A stretch of DNA of 49,055 nt from Intoshia linei (Eukaryota > Animalia > Orthonectida). Location of the stretch: contig LWCA01000131.1 in the NCBI GenBank assembly GCA_001642005.1, positions 1 through 49,055 of the forward strand, written 5' to 3'. A model generated the notes under the pieces. That model saw nothing but the letters and a program-made list of their open reading frames with translations, was not told the DNA's origin and ran no database searches. Numbering within the stretch: position 1 is the stretch's first letter; each line of letters starts with the position of its first letter. This document shows, one piece after another, positions 14,173 through 26,240 of this stretch. The position numbers were made by a program, and so were the translations under genes.

Positions 14173-14627
14173 CACTAGGGGTATTCCAAAATTTTATAAA
14201 TTAGGTCCAAATACTGATAAAGTTGCGTATGATATTTTTATAATAATCGTGAAAAGAAGAAAATTTTTATAGGAAGAGTTGCCATTTTAAAAATTTCATA
14301 CACAAATTAAAATATAACTTTATTTACTATAATATTATGATGTGATCCTGTAGTTATGTTTTGGGTGGTTTTGTGTTGATCATCATGTTTGGTTGTTCAC
14401 TTTCCATCTTTAAATTTAATTCTACCTCGTTTACTTATTATTTTATCCAAGTTTAAAGTTCTTATAATTTTTCATTGATAAAAATTTTCACTAAAAAGAC
14501 TCTTCCTCTAAAAATTTTAAAAAAACTATCTTCTTTTCACGATTATCAGAAAACAATCATACGCAACTGTATCAGTATTTGCTCCATAAAATTTCGAAAA
14601 AAAGTGTAAAAAATCACACCCCTAGTG
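14173..14627. mobile_element. MITE with CACTAGGGG termini and ~110-bp imperfect TIRs (CACTA/CMC-like)
   Basis: gt|CACTAGGGG ... CCCCTAGTG|gt. Inverted subterminal blocks ATACTGATAAAGTTGCGTATGAT / ATCATACGCAACTGTATCAGTAT and ATAATCGTGAAAAGAAGA / TCTTCTTTTCACGATTAT. Superfamily is inferred. Confidence 0.7.
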
Positions 14628-15295
14628 GTCACTGACCATTGGTCAGCGAATGTTATTGAAAAGATGTATCCATGTTAAACAGAAGTATAAGTAGTTGAGA
14701 ATCTTAAGGTCACATTAAATTTTAAATAAATAACACTTTTTAAAATAAAACGGAGTTTCCCAACGTTTCACTCTTGCTAATCATGAAAATGTAAAAATAT
14801 TTTTACTGACTGCTAAAAGGTGGTAACTATATTAAATTTTAACTGGTATGAATGGTTTTCGTTGATGCGAAACAAAAATGACATTCTCCACTGATTGCAT
14901 TGGGTGGTTGGGAAACTGCTGTAAATACAGCTAGGATTTTGACTTAGATAGTTGGAACTTTCGATTACATAATTATATTTATATTTAATAAATATGACCA
15001 ATTATATTTGATCGGTGAAGTATGTTAAATATTGAAATATATTATGATTATGAATTGTATTTTAATTTTAGATTAAAGGATTTTTAAAAGGAAAATTCGT
15101 CATGTATTTTGTTGCAATAAATATTGCTGGAGATACCGTTATGACAGTGTGTTGTCGTGGCTACATTTTTAATCAAAATTTAGGTTGGTCAATCTGCTCT
15201 AATTCTAGTATTGAACGGAAAAAAGAATAACCTAACTATTCAAAATCTGCAGAGAAAACGTGTGTTTTTAACATTATTAATAATAATTTATTATA

Positions 15296-16835
15296 CACTG
15301 CGTTCCAAGTTATTATCCAAACATTAAAAACATTAATAATTTAAAAAGTAGTCACTTAATTCTATTAATTTTTTTATCATAATTTAATTATTCACCATAT
15401 AAAACGTTATTGTTACAAAAAAATTTATCACGTTTCCAAAAAAGCATTCTATTTAACATTTTATATTTTTGGGTAATTTTTAGTGTGCCAAATTATTATG
15501 CTAATCAAAATTTAGGATAATTATGAGTAAATCAACATCACTTACTGTTGACGAAAAGGATAAAATCCTGAAAATGTTGTATAACGGAATATCGATAAAT
15601 GAAATAGCTTTAAATTTAAAACGCGATCATCGCACAATCTGTCGATATATAGAAAACCCTCCCAATAAGAGAAAAAGAAAGGCAAAGGGATCATTCAAAG
15701 GAGTATCTGTTAAGGATATATCCCATATTAAACTAGAAATGGTTCGAAAGCGTCTTAGCACTTCTCTAGATATATTTAAATCATCAGGATTAACTGATAT
15801 ACCCAAAACTACGAGATGCATAATATTAAAAACGATTGGTAAAGTCAGAGATGCTAAAGGTAAACCAGGTTTAACCAAACGACACCTGGAATTGCGACTA
15901 TCCTGAACTAAAAATTACATGAAGATAAATTTGTTAAATGTAATTTAGACTGATGAAACCAGAATATCTTTAGATGGGCCAGATTCGTGGAGTAAGGGTT
16001 GGCTAGTGAATAAAAGATCTCCACCAAACCGTTTAAGGCGGCATCAAGGGGGTGGGAGTATAATGATTTGGACAGGCATTGTGAAAGACACTATTATTGG
16101 ACCTTTCAAGTTAGATGATGGAGTCAAAATTAATTCGGAAACATACTGCGCGTTTTTAAAAAATACCGTTTTTTTGTAGATAAAAAAAAGAGGAAAAAGC
16201 TTTCTTAAAAATTTAATTTTTATGCATGATAATGCCCCAAGTCACGCATCGCCTCATACAAAAGAATATCTTTAATCAAATGGCTATGGATCAGAAAAAA
16301 TAATGTGTTAACCGCCAAATTCTTCCGATCTTGATTGTATTGAAAATCTATGATCCATAATTAAAAGAAAGAAATACAGTGGGAATAAACAATATCAATC
16401 AAAAAACGATATTTGGTATGCAATTTTGAAAGAAATCAAAACAATTGAAAACCTCACGAAATCCATGGATAAACGACTTTAGCTTATAATATTTAGGAAA
16501 AGGTATATTAATATATAAATGTTTAATTACATTTTTTTGCTTGAATTTGGTTTAAAATACAATGGATTATATTATTTAAATATTTAAATAAATTTATTTA
16601 TTCGTATTAACATTGAAATTATTGTTTCCAAATTCATTTGCATAATAATTTGGCACATCAAGAATCACAAAATTTTCTTGAATCTTCGTGTATTTTTTTT
16701 TTTGGAATACATTACATTTTTCTTGGGACGTTAAAGTATTATTAGTTGAATATATAAATATGATAAAAAAATTAATAGAATTAAGTGACTACTTTTTAAA
16801 TTATTAATGTTTGCATAATAACTTGGAACGCAGTG
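15296..16835 (+). mobile_element. Full-length Tc1-like transposon (DD37E/TRT-like), 1540 bp, TA TSD
   Basis: TA|CACTGCGTTCCAAGTTATTAT ... ATAATAACTTGGAACGCAGTG|TA. The ~200-bp ends contain inner repeats (GTGCCAAATTATTATGC ~15485 and its complement ~16641) and a perfect ~50-bp inverted block. Confidence 0.93.
15523..16518 (+). pseudogene. Tc1-like DD37E transposase pseudogene (331 codons, 7 in-frame stops, no frameshift)
   Basis: HTH N-terminus (GISINEIALNLKRDHRTI), TDETRISLDGPDSW, QGGGSIMIW, FMHDNAPSH and PPNSSDLDCIENL all lie in one frame. Stops at 15904, 15946, 16177, 16273, 16309, 16351 and 16480. Confidence 0.92.
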
Positions 16836-18083
16836 TAGTAAGTGATTGTGACAGAAAAATTTAATTAACAGATATTTTCATTTTCAGTCAATTTATCAAA
16901 AAAAATTGATTAAAATTCGAGTCTATCAAATAAGCTAGTATAAAGTTTCCAAATTTTTTTTATTTATAAATTTTAAAATTTCAACGTTATTAGTTTGTAT
17001 ATATTTCGCAATTAATGAAACGTTGGCGCACCCAATACTTAAAAATTTTTTTCAACACTTCAAATCGATTTGCCCCAAAAATTTGACAGGGTTTTGCTGA
17101 AATAGTCCCTTAAAAATCTTTAAACATTATTAACACTGCATGTTTTATAGTTCATATAGAGTAGTTGGAAAATAGAGAAATGCTAACAAATTTCAAATGT
17201 TAGCACACGCATAGTGTTAAAATGACTACAAAACGTTTGGTCCTTTTTTTGTTTTTATTTTATAAAATTTTAAAGTTAAAACTTATAAATTTATTTCATT
17301 AGTTTAGTTTTTCATGTGAAAACGATATGAAGTGTATACGTTGAAATTAATCACCTTGTATTCTTTATTAACGTAATAATAAATTTTTGAATCACTTAAA
17401 AAATCTAGTAACGCACCTAATTTTACCTTGCGGTGCACGGTTTATGTACTACTGACGTAGATTAACTACACTGCATGTACACTGTACACGTATTGAATTG
17501 TATATCAATACAACATAATTTAAATTTAGGTTTAAAAGTGTGATAATAAAATTAGTTGTTTACGTTTTAATTAAAATGTTACTATTTGTTTATATAACTA
17601 AATCTTAATCTGGCGCTATGTACTAAATAGATTTTTTCATTCTTGCATATTATACCAATAATTTTTTTTCCCCGGGAAATCACAATCACTGGTTGTACCC
17701 TGCAGAAACATATTTTTCATAATAAAAATCAAAAAAAGTTTTAAAAATTAAAATTGTTACCGCTAAAAAAAATATTCATAGAAAATAAGTGTAACCCAAT
17801 ATGAATTTATATAAATAAATTCATAACCGCATTTTTGTTTTCATTGTCAATTCAAGATAAATACTAGGATATTTTATTTATTAAAACGTAATAATTGATC
17901 ATTATTTGTTTTGAAAATATCAAAGTATAAAAATGGAAAATAAAATCAAACTCTATTCTAAAAGGGTGGAATTTATATCAAATACATTAGTAAGTACTTT
18001 AGTAAAATTATAATTTTATAATAATTTTATAATTATCCATTGAAAGAAAATATTTATTTTACACGATTAAATAATATTATACA

Positions 18084-21000
18084 CTAAAATCGTAAATTAG
18101 GTTTGTATTTAATGAGATACCTAAAATTATTACATTTATTTAAAAACACTAAAATTACGTATCAATGGACTTCCAAATTTGCTGGAGAAGAGCTCTATCC
18201 AAGTGTCTCTTAATTCTATCTAATTCTAATATTTCAACTGACCATTTTTTTATATTTGTATCAATAGGTAATTCTTTCCATTTTAAATGAAAGGCTTTTA
18301 CTAAAATGAATATTTATTAATTTAAATTTAATATAATATTTATATTACATTACAGTAAGTGAAGAATTGATTTACATTATATACTCACACTATGTTAAAT
18401 ATTACGGCAATAATCTACTTTATCAACCATAAAAACAAAAAATGATTTCAACTGATTCTAGTGAACAAATTAATTTTATCAATTTACAATAACAAAGTTA
18501 ATGTCTAAAATTACAATTTGAGAATATTTCAACAGGATTTCCATTCCATGGCCAACCTTTAAATTGCCAAGCGGGACCTTGCACAAATACAGCTATAACA
18601 CGACTCCTATAACTTATTATTTATAATGTAAATATATATGTATAATACAATAATCTGGCAGTTAACTAATTATACTATATAACCCATTAACTATTTCATT
18701 AGAATTAGTTATTAATTAATTATTAGAAACAAATGCATTCAATTTTCTGAATACCTAATAGATTGAAACATCAAATTAAAAACTGATCTACCCAATTACT
18801 CAATATAATATTTTTAATATACATTTAAAAAAAAAAGAAATTTTTGTAGTTTCTCAGATTTTTATAATCAAAAAAATGTATAAAATCTTAAACAATAAAT
18901 CCTATCTTTAAAAATATAAAATAGACTATTATGAAAGTAACAAACCAATCATCTGGTTCAAGTTTATTCACATTATCGATAACTTTATATGGAAAAGTAG
19001 AGCTGGAAGATTTTCTGTTTATAATTATTTCATTGGGTCGATTAATATCTGTTTTCAAATTGTCGGCATATCTTGAAAAATAAAATTAACCAATTACTAA
19101 TTACATACACAAAAATATAAAATTACTTTAAATCCCCTAAAATGCTCTTACAGTTAAACATCGTAATGATGGAATTTGTTGAAGCTGGAATAACAATAAT
19201 TGGAGTTCGGGAAACTGAAAAACCAAATATTAATTTGAATAAATAAAAGTAATCATACCTTTCTTTTTGGCTACTGGTAGCACCACCTTCTCCACGTCAA
19301 ATCGAGATTTTGGTTTAACAGAAGAAAGCCCAGATGTTACGGATTTTAAAGTCATTCCAGAATATGTCAATTTAGTTTTTATTTTGAAACCCTCAGTTTC
19401 TATTAATGATTTTAGACATATCACAATACATTAAACCTTCATGAGTTTTTTGTTCATAGCGACTGTAGGACTGGTTGTTTGTTCTTTCAACAGACTAAAA
19501 GTGAATTAAAAAAAAGAACCACCATTAAAATATTGTTTAATACCTCGATAGTATTTGACTGTTTATTTTCTCTATTTTTAATACATTTTAAAATGTTAAA
19601 AACACTCGTTGTAAATTTCTAAAACATTAGGCCAAAGTTAATTCAAATAAAACAGATACATTTACCTTTTTACGACTTCTCAAAACTGTGTGTCTATTTT
19701 CATATATCCTTTCAAATGTTCTAATTTTATTAAAAATTTTAGAATGGTTTTCTATAAGAGACAGTGACTTTGAAGTAGTTAGAATGGTTTCAGGTTGACT
19801 AATTGTAGTGCGTTTTCTCGCCAATCTTTTTGCTTTTAATGCAGCAATTTTTCCAAGTGGAATAGATTGCGTCAAGGTTGATTCTCTACATTAAAAAATG
19901 GTCAAATACTTTAATTATAAATAGTATTATAATTATAAGATAAGTAAACAATTATTAAAACGATAGCACATGTAGTGGAAACTGTAATAAACAGTAAAAT
20001 CTAATAAAAAAATTTAATTGGGTTGGAAAATGACGTCGCGTAAAATCAATCAAAATCAATTCAGAAAGTGGATCAAATTATATAAAATGTTGTTGGCCCA
20101 ACATATCGTACATTTGATGGGCCTACTGCAACTTTAGCAAATTAATTTGATTACATGGATAGGATTGTTAGTCATTAAACAGATTTATAACAATAAAAAA
20201 ACACCTTCATATCTATTTTTTGTAAATTTAACACTTACTTCATAGAATTTTGTAAAACATTGGTATTATTTGAAGAGTCTATCATTGATTTCAATCTCTT
20301 CTTGGATACCTCGTCCTAAATTTAAAAAATAATACAATAACACTTGACAACTTCTTTTAAATACTCTTGAAAATGTACTTCTAATGTCAAGACTCACAAG
20401 TTAAATGATTAAATATTAGAAAAATCGTACGGAGCGTTAGAGCAGAATCATTCAAATGGGCCAATAGCCCTGTAATTTATAAAAAATTGAGTGAATTGAG
20501 ACAATATTGGGTCCACGAAACGATACTACTCTAAACGCGCGACAAAAATATAATACAGTAAATATAATATAAAATCACATTATCCAAATTTGAATTAGTC
20601 TCCACTTCAATAGATTCAGCTATAATACGTGAATGTAATTTCTATTTATCTACCAAAAGATGTATAAAATATTACATAAAACTGTTGTTTCAGCCAATTC
20701 AGCCGAAATATCAATATTAGCAGAAATATCGGTGATTCCATTAATGTATGATAGTAAATCACGTCGGTCTGGTCTACGGATCACAGAAATTGAAGCATTC
20801 TAAATTTTTATTTATTTAAAAAAAATACAAAAAAAATTTCGTAGCCGCTATAATATTTTAAAATAGAAAAAATTGCATCGCTATAAAATGTTTTTTACGG
20901 CTTCCAAGAAAATTTTAATAGCAACATTTGTACATTTAAGAAATTTTTTAACTGTATGTACTATTTCTTTTTATAATACATCTAAGTTCTAGGGTCTAAT

Positions 21001-24000
21001 GAGCGTGATATCAGAGCCGCACCTACCATGCTCGAGATAACCAAAAATAGATCTATACAATTTTGATCATCTTAACGTGTCTGGATTGACAGTTAAATTT
21101 AAATTTGACACACTTAAAATTAAATTTTAAATTCTCAATTTGGAAAAATTAGCCTCCATTTTGCAAAAATTTTGTCGACTCACCGAAGAGGATTTCGCAG
21201 TACGGCATGTTGGGTTACCGGTGTCATTCCTGTATCAAAAAATATGTATACATGACTATATTACAATTTATTTCAAAAATAATTGATACGTCATTTTATT
21301 AATTTTAAAATATTAAATATTAATCACCCATTAAATTTATAAATTTTCTGTAATAGTAAATCTATAGATCAGATCAAATCCAAAAAAACTAATAAATTTA
21401 TAATATATACAGGCTAATTCCTCGTTAATGAACTGAATTTTTCGGAAGTACAAAAATTTCGTTAAAATTTTAATTACTAGCATCATAATTATACTAAAGC
21501 TTTTCGGTCGAAATTAAAAGTTTTAAATACGTAAAACATTTTATATTCTTGTTTAATGATAATAATGGTTCAGTATTAATGAGAATATTTTTAAACTCAA
21601 CCATTTTTACAAAAAATCCACTTTTAGTAACCTTTAATAGAAAAATCAAATTTTACTAAACCTTAATGAAAAAACCCACTTTTACCAACCAATGAATGTA
21701 TATTACATTCTTCATATTATACTAAATTTACAAGTCAAATTTTGAACAATTTTTATTAAATTATGTATGACTTGTACAGACAATATTAGATAATTAAAAT
21801 AAGCCACGCTGGTAATTCTAGGCAATGTTATGTGAAAAAATGTGACAACACAATCAAATCGCTATCGAGTGAATCTATTGACTAACCATTACATTAAAGT
21901 TGATATTCAAGAACAAATTTCTAATACAAAAATTTCGAAAATTACACCAAAAACACAAAATGAAATAGACCATGTTTACTTTACTAGAAAAAACCGTTAG
22001 TAGAACTGGATTTTTCCCCTAAAGGTTAGTAAAATTGGTAAATTTTGATTTTTAGTAAAAATGGTTGGATTTAAGTAGACACCCATTATTAATTATATAA
22101 AATGCAAATATAGGTTAAGAGGAAATCAAAATCAAAATATTTTCATTTTTTCATTGTTTTAATGTAGTGGTTCTCGGTTAAAATAGTGTACGGGCCCCCT
22201 TTTCAAAATATTTATTTTTTTGGACCCCAATGACAACAAGAAATATAAATCATTGATGAAAAAATTAAAGGTTTTTCTCATAAGATTTGGTAAAATTTTA
22301 TTTTTCATTTTGGACTAGGAAGTTGTTGCTCATAAGATTTAGTAAAATCAAATTTTTCAAAATAATATTCGAAAAAGAGAATATTTCCTTTAAGCGTTGG
22401 TTAAGCGTAATAGTGTAGTTTTATTTTGGACTTGGAATAAGGTTTTTCTCATAAGATATGCAAAATCGTGTTTTTCAAAAAAATATTGGAAAAAGACGAT
22501 TTTTTATTGAGGGTTAGTAAAATCGAATTTTTCAAAATAATATTGGAAAAAAAGGATATTTTCCTTAAGCGTTGGTTAAGCGTAATTAGTGATTATGATT
22601 TCCCGGGAAAAATAAATTTAATTAATGAAATAACACGAATCTAGATTAAAATTTACAAATTTAATTAGAAAAAAATTTATTTATTTTAGATTGTTGAAAA
22701 AGTGTTTCAAAACACACATAATATTGATAGATTCGTTTTTGAAACGTGTTCTACATTTTGAAGCGAAATTAGAAGCAGTAGACAAATTTCTTTCATTTTG
22801 TGTTGACGTAGGCTGAAGGGTCATAAGGACTTCCTTTAATTTTAACAATCTTGATGATAACGTTCCAGTTCGTAATAAATCATAATATTTTTCAAAATAA
22901 TATTGGAAAAAGAAGATAATTCCCTCAAGCGTTAGTAATTTGTGGTTGGAATAAGAGGTTTTTAAATAAAGTATTGGAAAAATGATATTTTTCCATTAGG
23001 GGCTGAAAAATTAGATTTTTTATTTGTCGTTTGATAAAGTGGATTTTTTATATAAGATTTTATAAAATCGGATTTTTGAAAAGAATATCGGTGTAAGTCA
23101 ATTTTTCTATGAGTGCTTGAAATAGTATTTTTGATTAAATTTTATTAGTTGTGGGATTTTTGAAATGGTAAATTTAAAATATTATAATATAATCATATTT
23201 TCATAGTAATAATAAACATAAATCAAATATAGGTATGTCTCAATTTTTTTCGGGAAATCCCGGATTTTTGGCCCGGTACAATCACTAAACGTAATATTGT
23301 AGTTTTATTTTGGGCTCAGAATAAGAGGTTTTTCTTATAAGATTTAAAAAATCGTGTTTTTCATAAAAATATTGGAAAAACAGAAATTTCCATTAAGTGT
23401 TTGTTATTGGTTAAATTGTATTTGGTATTATTAAGTAAGGTTTCGTATGATCGGATTTTTCAAAAAGAAAAAAAATATTGGTACAAGTCAATTTTTCCCT
23501 GATGGCTAAAAATTGTATTTTTTATAAAATTTTATTAATGGTGGGATAAAATTGAGATTTTTTAAATAATAATACAGCAGTCGACTAGGCTTTGGGATAA
23601 TCAACATCTATAAACTCTGTATCAAATAATAATAATAAATAAAAGTTGATCAAAATTTTTTTACTATTTATTGGAATCTCACGAACACAGATATATAATT
23701 TTGAACTGCAGTCGGGAATTACTGTTTTAATGTATACATTGTTTGTTAAAAATTCCGAGGATTGACAAAAAAATGATATTTTTTTCAGGACCAATTATTA
23801 CGTTAACGAAGAATTAACCTGTATAATGTATCAATAAATCTGAAAAATTTACAGTAGCTGCCAAAACGTATGACGGGTGTGGTAGTTTGCTGTTTGCGAG
23901 TAAAAACATGATACTTCCAATGTTGTAAAAATCAGCAGGTATACCATCTTTCCCGGTTCTAAATAGAAAATTGGTGAAATTTAAAATGGTAGTTAAAACT

Positions 24001-24162
24001 ATTCTACATAATTAGATTTTAACATAAATTAAACCCCCATATTCGGTAGTTTGTTTTTGCATTTTTGTCAAATACGTCATCACTGAATTTTACAAAAGAG
24101 TTTTGCTCAATAATTGATTTTTTTGATAATGTATAACTTCTGATTAGCTTCAATACATCCAT
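18084..24162 (-). CDS. CDC73: Parafibromin / CDC73 (PAF1 complex subunit), multi-exon
   Basis: Exon 24162-24035 [10 protein letters not shown]...KTNYRIWG; exon 23958-23853 TGKDG...HPSYV; exon from 20799 [16 protein letters not shown]. Then [69 protein letters not shown]...KRHLDRA, and last exon 18120-18084 [11 protein letters not shown]. Some internal exon borders are uncertain. Confidence 0.93.
21410..23821. mobile_element. TA-flanked pogo-like element swollen by nested insertions, occupying most of CDC73 intron 2
   Basis: TA|CAGGCTAATTCCTCGTTAA ... TTAACGAAGAATTAACCTG|TA. The interior contains minisatellite units and a hAT derivative. Confidence 0.6.
22587..23287 (-). mobile_element. Internally deleted hAT element (same family as 1-383)
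   Basis: TIRs TAGTGATT and AATCACTA with 8-bp TSD agcgtaat / aacgtaat. Bases ~22640-22876 are the reverse complement of window bases ~5-240 (dimerisation-domain remnant). Confidence 0.78.
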
Positions 24163-24556
24163 TGCTACTTTTGAGTGATAATTTTATCACTAAATAAACT
24201 ATATTTTATTTTAAATTTAGTGTGTTATCAATGGTAATATTATATACAATTTTATCGTACAATATAATTTTGATTGGGAAACGGACAACAGTAAAGAATT
24301 GTATATTATCCATGTACTTTAGCTGTATTAAAAAATAAATTTTGAAAAATTCTTAGATGTTTGAATTTATATATCAATGTGAAACTTTGAATTAAGTCTT
24401 AATTTAATTTTGAATAATGTATTCCAAATACCTAGTCTAAAACTTAGTGTAAAAAGGTGTCCATTGCAACGCATTAATCATACTTTATTATATTTTTATC
24501 AATTTAATTATTTCTTTTTTATTATCCAAAAATTTGATTAAAAGTTATAAATTTTT
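24163..24556. promoter_or_regulatory. Putative bidirectional promoter between CDC73 and MRPL16
   Basis: Head-to-head start codons separated by only 394 bp (24162 on -, 24557 on +). No specific motif identified. Confidence 0.5.
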
Positions 24557-26195
24557 ATGAATCGTATTTTGAGGTAATTTTTAATTCAATTTTGAACATT
24601 ATATGATTTTTATAAATGTACACTAAAATGACTTTCATATAAACTTTTTTACGTTAGTATTATTATTACGTTTATTAATTATTTAACATTTCTGAATGGT
24701 TAATGTTAGTCATTGATAGTTTGATTTTTGTCTATTTCCATTTATTTATAAAAAATTTAGATTTACAGTTATAAACAAAGTTTCGACAAAAGGTTTAAAA
24801 AATTGGAAATTACCCCCTGAAAAAAGACGTATGATATTTATTGAAATATTTCATTTACTCTTTTTAGCAATCGTTTACCCACCTTTTTCTTCAAGATTTT
24901 TACCAGTTGTACCTAAAACACCTCCACTTCATGGATCTTCAAAAATGTTAAAAATGACGAAACGATTAGATTTAATTAGAGGACCAGAAACAGTACACAC
25001 TGAACTTTTACATCGACAGTTTGGTGTTCGGGTATATTTTATTCAATTTTATATCTCGTTTCAAACTTTGATTCATAATGTAATACAAATTATTCAAATT
25101 ACAATTGTAATTGTTTTCTTTATAACTTTCTGACTAGTAAATTTCAACCAATCATTTTTTTCATAGTTTGAAATGATCTTTTTTTCATTTAAATTTACAT
25201 GTTAATAATGTTGTTTCATTAATTAATTACTTTACAGGCTGTTACTGGAGGCCAATTACGACAATACCATTTCCGTATATTTATAAAATATTAAATAGAT
25301 TCCCAGAGCTGAACGTATAATACTGGAATCCCGAAAATTAAAAATAGACCTACAGGAGAAATTAGCAAATTATGACCCTATCCACCACAAATTTTTACGC
25401 TTTTTTATCGTTCATTATATAATGTAAAAATAAAGACCAAATCATATTAATTGATTCAAATTACCATGAGATTATACAAAAATAGAATATTATGTTCATT
25501 TTGAAAGGTATTCACTGTTCATTACGGTATTGTTCACTATAATTCCATATAAAGTGGATTTTTTGTTAACAAAATAATTTTTAATGTTCACTCTGCAAAA
25601 TGTTCAATATATACAGGTCTGACTATATAATACTCAAAAAAAGAATACTCTGTCGCAGCTCATTCCACTTGATATAAATATAAAATTTTAACCTCAGAAA
25701 TCTACGCATTCACGGTGGAAAATAATTTTTAATATTTATTCTATATTATGTTGATTTAAATTTTTCGTAGGTATGATGAAAAGAGTTTTGGATTTTGTAT
25801 TGAAACAAACCAAAGATTCATTTGCTATATTTCGAATGGACCCTCCTTGGAAACCATGTACACAAAGAAAACCTGGAACAACATTAGGTGGTGGAAGGGG
25901 GAGTATAAAATTTTATGTGACACCGGTAAAATCTGGTCGAATTTTACTTGAAGTTGGTGGTTCGATTGAATGGAATCATATTCAAAAATATTTGAAAACA
26001 ATTGCAAACACTTTACCATTTGAAGCTGAAGCTGTCTCATATGAATCAATGTTGATACAAAAAGAAAACGATGAAAAAATTGAACGGGAAAATATAAACA
26101 AGTTTAGTTTCAAATATGCACTTGAAAATAATATGATGGGCTGTCACAGTTGGGCTAGTCCTTATGATTTTAAATGGTTTGGAAAATATAGATAA
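24557..26195 (+). CDS. MRPL16: Mitochondrial ribosomal protein uL16m (MRPL16), ~5 exons
   Basis: Phase-compatible exons MNRILR / FTVINKVSTKGLKNWKLPP / ...KRLDLIRGPETVHTELLHRQFGVR / AVTGGQLRQYHF / RMMKR...FAIFRMDPPWKPCTQRKPGTTLGGGRGSIKFYVTPVKSGRILLEVGG...NMMGCHSWASPYDFKWFGKYR*. The first micro-exon is less certain. Confidence 0.92.
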
Positions 26196-26240
26196 TGGTC
26201 AGATTTATTAAACCTTTATTTTGTATTTACAATTGTATAT

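Noticed and set aside
15901-16518. Alternative genetic code or stop-codon readthrough in the transposase
   Set aside because: All three stop types occur, several Trp codons remain TGG, and host genes use the standard code with normal TAA/TAG/TGA stops.
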